DNA from: Antedon mediterranea
Lineage: Eukaryota; Animalia; Echinodermata
NCBI RefSeq assembly: GCF_964355755.1
Contig: NC_092671.1
Span: 3,968,001-4,032,000, forward strand
Length of the DNA: 64,000 nt
Direction of reading: 5' to 3'
Part shown: piece by piece, positions 54,396 through 64,000 of the stretch
Numbering within the stretch: position 1 is the stretch's first letter
How the letters are laid out: every line of letters starts with the position of its first letter
Notes under the pieces: generated by a model
Databases searched by the model: none
Told to the model about the DNA's origin: nothing
What the model saw: only the letters and a program-made list of their open reading frames with translations
Program-made: the position numbers and the translations under genes

Positions 54396-56344
54396 TTTTG
54401 AACATATCATTTCAGATTTTACATTTTAAATCCATATTAGCGTAGGAGTTTTCCATGTTTCTCCCATTTTTACCCCACATACTTACGTTTTATATTCGCA
54501 TATCTTAAGTCTGTTTTAACTGATATGATTATAGAAGCAGCGTCGCTTTTCACTGTACTGTTTCATAAGTTGTCCGATATTAAATGATATACGTGATCAA
54601 CAACGCAAAATCCAAATATAATAAAGATGAATACGTGGTTTTATAAATCATACACAAACGATTTCGCAGCAGGGTTATGATGGAACCTACAGATAACCTA
54701 AGATACTGCATTTTATCCATTCATTATGTCACACGATTAGACGCGATAATGTACGCGCGCGTTTAAATGTTAACGAGAATTACTCGGTGTTCGTACGCGC
54801 GCCTTCAACTGTTGATTATTATAACTCGTCATTTAAACGCGCGCGTTAACTTTTATTATGTGTGAAGTTACGAGTACTTAAAACAAACAATAGGCCTAAT
54901 AAAAAGAAAATGACACATAAAGATACCGTACCTAAATGATAAATTTAAAAATAAAATAATGCAAAAAAATGTTATTATTTCTATTTCTCTACTAAACGTT
55001 TAATGGAATTGACATTTGATAAGATCGTCTGAATTATAAATTCTATGTAGAAATATTGTGGTCGCGTACGGTATCATTTCAACCTTTTCACATTGCGTAT
55101 TAGGCTAATCTTGCTGATTCGTCATTTAAATTAATAAGTTCGTTTAACTTGGCGTGGCTGTCATCATCGAAAACTATTTCAGGTTGAAAGAACACGGCCA
55201 GAGAGCAATTTTCACTATTACAAACTTGATTGTAAATCTCCCTATTATTAAAACGGCTGCCTAAACACTGATCAGGCCATTACTACAGTTCCACATGATG
55301 CAACAACATCCTTTCATCTGTATTAAATTCAACATTCTTTTTAAATCAATCTCACGGTGGGAGTGTTGGCTAAATGTAACAAGTTCAAGTATTGTGCAAA
55401 ATTGAATGTGACGTGTCGTTACTTGAAGTATGCGCCGCATGTTGCTGGTGTGAGGTTGTTATATTCTTGGCCTTTTCCGACGATATTTCTGTCCCGTTGT
55501 ACCCTCTGGCTTAATTCTCAACTGTATCATTTTAACCCATTACTTTTATACATTCTTCTAACAAATTATTGGCTACCCGTGTCACAGATACAATAACGCA
55601 ATAACGTTATAAATTACCGGTATATAAACATTGATATACTTAGATATAATCATATTTAGTTGAGCGTTTCTTAATAGATTGAAGACAAGCTTTCTGATTG
55701 GTTGAATGTTTGTATTAAATAAGCGTGTATTAACTTTTAACGAATCACTGTTGAGGTTGTATCAAGCGTTTTTCACATTTAGTGCAGACTATAAAACATA
55801 AGCATTATAAGAGACACAGCTGAATTTGTTTTGTATATAATACAATATTTGTTTTCCATAATTAATTCAAGTTTGTGTTATCAGTTGCTAGTTGATGCAG
55901 ACATGACATTTTTCACAATTTGTAACCTAAGTACCGATAGCCCGCTGTGTATCTTATTCGATTTGCCTGTTTATCTGGTAAATGGTGGTTGATGCCAAAT
56001 GCCCGTCGTTACCTTATGAGAACCACCAGGCTAATACTTGTAGCAATTTTTAACCATCGCCATCACACACGTTTTGTCCGGCGGCGATTTCGTCAAGTAT
56101 ACATAAAAACCGCCGATAAGCACTATAAACCACCGAAATCATCATAGTAAACGTGACGTTGAGAGCGTGCAAAGTACGAATATTGTGATTTCTTGTTAAC
56201 TTAGTAAGGTTAGCTTCAATTTCATCAAGACATGATTAAATTGTAATTAGATCAGGAATTATATCAGACAATAAAAGCTCAACATTCCATATTTTAAACA
56301 TAACTTTAAAGACATTTGATATAAGGTTGAAATGTAAAAATAAT

Positions 56345-56915
56345 AAATGTGTCCTCTATCGATGGTCCTATGTTTTGTATTCATGTTAAAGTTAAATGTG
56401 TTCTCCCAACAGTATTGCATGTTTTGTTAAAGTTTTAGATGTTTCTTCTCTGCGGTGCTATTGTATCCATGTTACATTTTTTAATGTTTCTTCTCAACAG
56501 TATTCATGTTTTGTGTCCTCTCATCCGTGTTCCTTTTTTTGTACCCAGGTTAAAGTTTTAAATGTGTCCTCTCGAGCCAATGAGTTCATGTTTGTTAAAG
56601 TTTAAATTTTGTGTCCTCTTAATGATCCTCGGGTTATTTTTTGTTACAAGTTTTAAATGTATCCTCTCAACAGTATTCATGTTTTGTGTCCTCTCATCCG
56701 TGTTCCTATTTTTGTATCCAGGTTAAAATTTTAAATGTGTCCTCTCAATGATTTCATGTTTGTTAAAGTTTTAAATGTGTCCTCTTAATGATCCTTATGT
56801 TATTTTGTTAAAGTTTTAAATGTGTCCTCCCAACGGTATTCGAGTTTTGTGTCCTCTCATCCGTATTCCTATATTTTTGTGTCCATGCAAATAGTTTAAA
56901 ATGTGTCCTTTCATA
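56345..56915. repeat. Degenerate ~35-45-bp tandem repeat (TTTTAAATGTGTCCTCTC core) with higher-order ~170-bp repeats
   Basis: More than 12 GTGTCCTCT cores; CAGTATTCATGTTTTGTGTCCTCTCATCCGTGTTCC is repeated. Confidence 0.85.
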
Positions 56916-58070
56916 TTCATCGAAGTTAAGTTTTAGGAGATAGATTGATTACATAATGTTTTGTCCGTACTATCGTAACTTTATTTCAGTTAAAAGAATT
57001 GAATGTAACACAAAGACACAAAAATAAAAACAGAAAGAATAATAAATAATAAAAATAAAAACAAAATCTATCAATTATTTTTCCTTCAAAAGCCTTTGTT
57101 CTTTTTATTAAACTAATACGGTATACTTTTAATATGCTTATACTTTCTTAATATAATAAAATTTAAAAAATGAGAATTAATGTAATGCATTACTTTAGTA
57201 TTCAAAGAAAAAAATTAATCGAAGATTTTCCTTTATTTACATATATGTTAAGAAGACTGTGGATTATAATTTGATTCCATTTCGATGATTAGTATTGATT
57301 TTTTGTTTTGCTGTATCACTGATAAAATGGAATTTTGCCAAATTTATGTAAACAAAAATATACATTGGAATATAATTTCCCAGAAAAGAGGTAATTAAAC
57401 GAGTTTAACACCGATAATTGGAATTAAGATAAGATTGCTCCATAAATACATAGGTCACTTTTGTTTCATTTCACCAGTAAATCACATGAGAATTACATCG
57501 TATTCTCCGAATTCCTACATTAAAATGAGCAGTCACGCCTGCGCGCCAACTTTTTCGCAGACGATAAACTACGTCATCATGCAGCAGACTTTTTAGATCT
57601 GCCGTATGATCGCCATTGTCCTTCATTAGGTTTTAATAAAGATTTACTTAATTAATACCGACACCTTGTATTAATTGACTCAATCCATAGCATTTTTACA
57701 CTTCCTGATCAGTTAACACTTAGACACGCACATACCAACCATTAATGAAACAAATATTAGGCCTAGCCCGTGGTATTGTTTTCTTTGATCAAGCTATGGG
57801 AAAGCTAGAGGTACGGACCCTTGACTTCACCTTATGTGAGCTTTTCCTGAGGGTTAAGTACGAAGAATGATCAGATTACTGTATTCATACTTAGTTGTTT
57901 TAATAAGCATGGCGTGAACATAAGTAGCAACTTTAAAATGGAAATAATTGTTACAATGTTGGAATGACGATAAGAAACGAAAACAAGAAAGAAAAATAAA
58001 TAAACACACACTGCAACATTGATAACTTTGTATTTGATTGTGTTTGATAACAATTAAGGAAACAAAAAAC

Positions 58071-58299
58071 AAATAACCTTAATTATTATTACAGTAATAC
58101 CTAAGTTAGTTTACAAACATTCAGCGAAATAATATTATTTTGTTTAATGAAGTGTTCAAGAACTGTTTTTACAAAATGTAAAAAAATAACCTTAATTATT
58201 ATTACAGTAATACCTAAGTTAGTTTACAAACATTCAGCGAAATAATATTATTTTGTTTAATGAAGTGTTCAAGAACTGTTTTTACAAAATGTAAAAAAA
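58071..58299. repeat. Exact 113-bp tandem duplication
   Basis: AAATAACCTTAATTATT...TTTTTACAAAATGTAAAAAA occurs twice with no visible mismatch. Confidence 0.95.
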
Positions 58300-60867
58300 C
58301 GCGTTTATATAATTAACAAAAGTATTTTTTAAAGAATTAATTACTCCAAAACGTTTGCACTTGAACATAATTACCAAAATGTATAAGAAAATAAGTCAAC
58401 TTTAACTTTGTTGATTGTCAACAATAGAGGAAAAATTACTAAAGAACGGCGTAAAGGTACGTGCAGTTTTTAACAAAATCAATGCTCAATACGCCTATAT
58501 TAATGTTTGACCAAAAAGTGGTTAGAACGAAGGCTGCTCAATTGTACGTCATAATATTATCTTCTTGATAACCAAAAAGTTATTAACGCATAAATAAATG
58601 CCTACACATCATTGTAAACTCATCTGTTTTTTAAGTTCTATGCGTCATCATGTTTTTATTACGTCATTCTGAGAAATATCCTTGTAAATTAGGCCTATAA
58701 GAACAGAGTTAATGAAATAGACATTGTTGAATGTTTTATTTTATTCGTTCAAAATGTGTGTGGTTTTTAAATTTACCAGACCGAATTAGCGGTGTCATTG
58801 ATAGGCCTACATCGACCCATTTTAGTTCCCTTGAAGTATGTTTACAAGAATTCTTAAATAGTTTGTCTAAGAAAAGATGCTCTCTGTACGTTATGATATA
58901 TCCATAAATGTAACACATTACAAGAGTACACTAGTCCTCATTTTCACGATAACTTAGACCTATGAAATTTGTCTTAATGTACACTGTTTTTCATTATATT
59001 TATAACAATTATAATAACTTAAATCTTGAATTATGGTATTGCTAGTAAACTGTTCTATTATTTTGCATGTTCTAAAAACTCTGACAGTACTTTTTTTCTT
59101 TTCTATTATAAACAGTATCAGTTTTCTCCAGACTCAAATTTTTTTTTTTCAACCTCAAAAAGTCCTTTCTACAGTTTTTCTTACTGTTATTCCAGTATCA
59201 CTTTGTTTTTTTTTATCACTTTTATTTTTCTTTTTTACTTTCGGTGAATATAGCCAGAGTTTGCACAAATCTGCGATCATCTTTTGTCAAAGTGTAAGCC
59301 TAACATGTAACCACGTTTTTAATAGTCAGCTTCATGTAGTAAGGGAATGTGCTTTAACTTGGGCGGTGTTCTGCAAAACTAGTGCACTACGTATGTTTGT
59401 TTGTACTACGATTAATGACAGTGTTTACTAGATAATTGTATCTACTTGTGATTTCTTCACCTGTTCAATAAAAACCATAAATCACTCGTCTAAGATAATT
59501 ACGTTTATCTTACCTCTACGATCCAATAGCCCTACTTTTACTAAACCAAATTCTTGGGTCTTTAATAATAATAATTTCTCTTTTTAAACAATGAAATAAA
59601 TGACTTTCATCAAATTTTCAAACTTGTTTGCTGCCTTAATTAATGTAGGCCTAAATAATTTCCTAATTATTTTTTTTAAATCTAATTTCTTATTCTAAAC
59701 AATGTAATAAACACATTGAGTAATTCTAGCTGTTGAAAACGGTGAGTAAAATTTTTGGCTTTTAATATAAACTTTTCATTACTGTACTGAATCATGTTCC
59801 TAATTACTTTTTCACTAAGCTACGGAATTTAAAGTACCACGCAAGTTGCTGGAACTTCTTTCGAATAATATCATTTTCCTGTGCATTTAAAAAATCATTA
59901 GTGGCATTAATAATTGTGTAATAATTTCGTGACTGAACTGGTTTTTCAAAACATTTGAAAGCATTTTTCATAATTAAATACCGTCGGTGAAATGCTAGGG
60001 GTTTAGAATCGTCGAACGGAAATAGCGTTTTGTATTTACCGTCGGGCCTACTGAGTTATTGAATCAAATGGCATTAACCCCCATGAGCTGATAAACTGAA
60101 ACGTTAATATTTTTTAAAATGACTGATAATGGTTTAGGTCAAGCGAGCTAGTACTGGTTACTAAATGGAATCTGTTCCGACTCGACGGGTAGCTCAGTGG
60201 GATTCATGCCGAAACTTCAATCTCATAGGTGGTTAAACCAACGTAGTTGCACCGTGTCAATTTGTTGCTTTTTAACCGATACAAAATGAGATACACGGAA
60301 CCTTCATTTGCCAGATGAAAACGTGATAAAACTGCCAATCATATCTTTTATTGTTACGGAGGAACAGCAAGGACCAATACACTGAATTTCAAGCGAGAGC
60401 CGTTTGCCGGCATTGCGACGATTTTATTCATTAATATTAGTTATAAATCGGCATGTTCTATCTGGAAATGATGCAATTATTTTGTCGGTTCGCTAGACGA
60501 CTGTGAGTTACCGCAAAGTGTGTTTTAAGTTTTTTTTCTTTTGTTGATGATTTGCTGAAACTTGTTTAAAATCCCGGCTTCTGTAATACGCATGTCATTC
60601 TCGATACAGAGTTTACATTGAAAAGTCCGAATTGAAAATCGTAATTTTGGAAAGTATAGGCCTAACAAAAGAAAATTGAAACAGTTCCAACGATTGGATT
60701 ATTGCTTTTGTTTGTCTTTGAGCGACATCTAAGCTAGGAAATTTAATCTTACATAACTTGAACAAAACTACTAGTGTCCAATACTGGTAGAGTAATGTTT
60801 GTCTGTGATAGTGGCAGTTAGTCCACGACTTACAACACCTATACCTTGATTTGACGATTTAATCAGA

Positions 60868-62122
60868 ATGCTGTTTGCTAAGTTGGGACTGTTGATGACC
60901 ATGCTAATTGTTGTGGATGGGTAAGTATACCAATTTAGTTTTGTTGCGGTTACATTAGGCCTAGTAGGTAACAGTGCTAATATACCGATAAGCTGTATTG
61001 GTTACTTGTTGTAGAAAGAAACAAGGTAAATATTAGTATTATGTAGTTAAAGTTTAGTAGTTTAGTTTCCTTTGGGGCCAGGGAGCCCAGTTTAGTGGAA
61101 TTGCATTGATTATCGTTTTAATCTGGTGCAGGAAAGTAGGTGACATCATGTGTTCAATCTATGATTCTAAGAGAACGAGAGAACTATTGTTATTGTAATT
61201 ACTCTTAAACAAATGATGTTTAACGATAAATGTAAATGAATTGTAAGCTAGAAAAACAAATGATACTGACACGGGTAGGCCTAAATGTTTCAAGCATCTT
61301 GTGAGCATGTAATCAAGAGGATCAAAAATTCTACCAGACATGTGATACATTGGGGCTAGTGTTTTACCGTAGTAGGCTAGTGGTTATGTTTACTCGTATG
61401 TGTTTCATTCGGTATTACAGTAACTTAATTGTGTAACAGACCGTATATTATACGTATATAGCATTAATGTTTCCTACTGTCCAGTCCTGTTTTTACAACG
61501 ATAGCTTTTATGGTAGTTTTAGCCTCCAACATTAGGCCTAATAAAACAACAATCGATTGAGGTACTCAATCATGAATCCTAATCCTGGATCATTAATGTG
61601 GTAGATGTACATCATCAGGGTGAATTAACAGATTGAAATGCGTGAAAGAATATGCAATATTTTAAATAGAGACTCATATATTAATTTATATTTACATTTT
61701 TCTGGTACTTGATGAAGAAGATTTACGATAGATTGCCATGTTTAGTTAATTCGCCTATGTAGGATAACATCTGAGGGATTATTTCTTAAGGTGAATGAAC
61801 GCTGGTCATCTTAGATTGATAAGGTCGTTCGATTTTTTTTTCTCCTAATTCCAATACAGGGTTGGGAACGACGTACGATCAAGGGGATCTGGTACGTACA
61901 CTCCTTCAAAGAAAAGTCAGACGATTTGTCGGAGTTATCCTGCGCTTACCAAGAAACAAATGATGCTTTGTCGAAGACACCCAGATATTGCAGCGGAGGC
62001 AATTGAAGGCATCCAAAAGGGTATATCCGCTTGTCAGAACCAAATGAGAAACAGACGATGGAATTGTTCTGAACTTCAAACAAAAAATGGAAATCCTTAT
62101 ACGCATCCAATTATGAGACAAT
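60868..62122 (+). CDS. WNT10: Wnt10, exons 1-2 (gene continues beyond the window)
   Basis: Exon 60868-60920 (MLFAKLGLLMTMLIVVDG, phase-2 donor GG|gtaag; in-frame upstream stop) and exon 61860-62122 (VGNDV...QTICRSYPALTKKQMMLCRRHPDIAAEAIEGIQKGISACQNQMRNRRWNCSELQTKNGNPYTHPIMRQ). This matches the Wnt10 pattern RHPDVAASAIQGIQ...WNCSSLETKNKIPY. Not represented in the supplied ORF track. Confidence 0.88.
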
Positions 62123-62137
62123 GTAAGTAACGAAATG

Positions 62138-62430
62138 GTATCGATACATATTGATTAATAATTAATAGCATAATATCGATACTATATTATTGGATAGAGT
62201 ATTAGATACACGTATTTATACTATATATCGATAGTCTATCGATAAATAAAAAAACATTCAAACTTGATGCTGCATAAGCAAATATCCCAAAAATACCTGT
62301 ACATTATAAGTATACTTTATTCGATAGTATCGATACATCCGATACTATCTATACATTACCGATACTTTAATATAGAGAACTGTATTGATACTATCCTATA
62401 TTATAGATACATGTATCGTTAGATCCGATA
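62138..62430. repeat. Cluster of TATCGATA / ATCGATAC motifs, probably a decayed MITE
   Basis: At least 5 TATCGATA-like palindromes within 300 bp of Wnt10 intron 2. Confidence 0.5.
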
Positions 62431-64000
62431 TTTTATTGTTTAGTTTTACAGTAAAAAAAAGTTGGGTATATCACGTGCCAATCACAAAAACAAAACCAAT
62501 ACACTCTATCACTGAGCGTTTGTTTTTGAACGGGTAACCTGTGCTATACACGTAAAATACAAGGTGCGCCAGGCACCATTACACACACATGTGCGCGCAG
62601 AATAACGACTTTTCGAAATTAAAATTCTCATTATTACACGTTTACATACATACAATTATTATAACGTACATAACGCCGGCAATGTGTCAGCATATTGGCT
62701 CATCAGTTTCTTTAATCTATAAGCATCAACTTATCTGTTAACACGCATTCATCATTCATAAACCACAAGTAAGTAGTACACATCGTTGATAAACAAAAAT
62801 AGACTAGCTTAGTCAACAAAAATACTATAAATTATCGTGTCTTTATATAAAATAAATGTATTCACTCCATATTTAATGAATCATCATTTTAGTGCATCCT
62901 TAACAGGACACCAATGTATTAGTGAATGAAAATAAGGTAATTTTGGTTCGGAAATGTAGGCCTATTTTCTAACGATGGTGTGTAGTTCACACAAAGTTAT
63001 AATCCAGGTTATTTGAAACCGTTCGAGTTCACACACAAATTTAATCCAAAATATCCGTCTTTCCATGTCTCATCATATTGCTACAGTAATTTCCATTACA
63101 GCACAAACATTTAAATCATTTGACTTTGTTATGACTGAACACGGGACCTAATATTTATCAGGCTTAGTAATCCATAGTACGTACCACTTTATTTGTCATT
63201 GCCATTTTATCTGTCTTTAAAGATCCTAATTTTCAAGTTTTGAGGAATCCAAATCGAATGTGAATCTTTCATATAAGAGTATATATTACGTTTATTTTAC
63301 AATACTTGTTACTTTAGGCTATATTATGCAAAAGCTGCTCCATAATCTTTTCTTTATATCTTAGCCTATCTCTTCTAATACACTTATAATAATATTATAT
63401 ATATTGATATAATTATAAATAAAAAACTTATTTGACCTCCATCCACACTTATGTTACTTTTAATCTAATTTATAATTAATCTATGTTTTATTAGAATGTA
63501 CAACTTTATTTGATGTGTGTGGAAAATGTCATAAAACAAACAAAAAACCAATCATATCATCAAAAACATGATACAATAATTACGGACGTTTAAAAATGGT
63601 ATAATCTAAAATATTATATCTTATAATTATGCAATCTAGATGGACTTTTTTCATCTGAGATGGACTTTCTTTATATGTACTTATATGAATTGATGACAAG
63701 TTGGGAGCAGAGATGCTAGTAGAAAACCCCAGTTCCTTATCGATTTATACAAAACTAATGAAACTAAAGTTAATATGAACTCAATCATAAGGTGTATATT
63801 ATCTTACTTCTACTCTTCCATTTCTATAATAAATTTGAATTTACATATCTGGTTTGTAAACCGCATCAATATAATTGTAAGATTGTCTGCTCTTTAGGAA
63901 AATAAAATAATACGTATGTATGTGTTGTTATTATTAAAAGCAAACGATAATGTTATCAAGCTAGAGTCAGGTCATGTAACCATTTAGACCTATATTCCGT

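Noticed and set aside
59026-59431. 132-aa and 73-aa Phe-rich ORFs
   Set aside because: T-rich low-complexity sequence, not protein-like.

Overview
AT-rich, intron-containing invertebrate animal DNA. The near-vertebrate EZH intron pattern and abundant TAGGCCTA/MITE content suggest a non-vertebrate deuterostome such as an echinoderm; this is inference. Gene models were assembled by hand from splice sites and reading phase. Left to right: the probable 5' end of a minus-strand secreted-protein gene running off the left edge; a minus-strand two-domain Ly6/uPAR (three-finger), probably GPI-anchored gene (9614->4982); head-to-head with it, a complete 20-coding-exon Enhancer of zeste/EZH gene (11278-25295, 697 aa); then the conserved Wnt cluster Wnt1(+) 35417-40928, Wnt6(-) 50385->41744 and the first two exons of Wnt10(+) 60868-62122. 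Introns carry many MITEs, SINE fragments and minisatellites. Top leads: (1) arrays of ACGCGCGCGT palindromes spaced 31 or 40-43 bp (3 or 4 helical turns), clustered around Wnt6/Wnt10; (2) a 2.1-kb element with bipartite, asymmetric, RSS-like termini inside an EZH intron; (3) a MITE that appears to split a Ly6 exon, leaving a 6-nt microexon; (4) an inverted Wnt6 whose 3' end probably overlaps that of Wnt1; (5) direct EZH-Wnt1/6/10 linkage.
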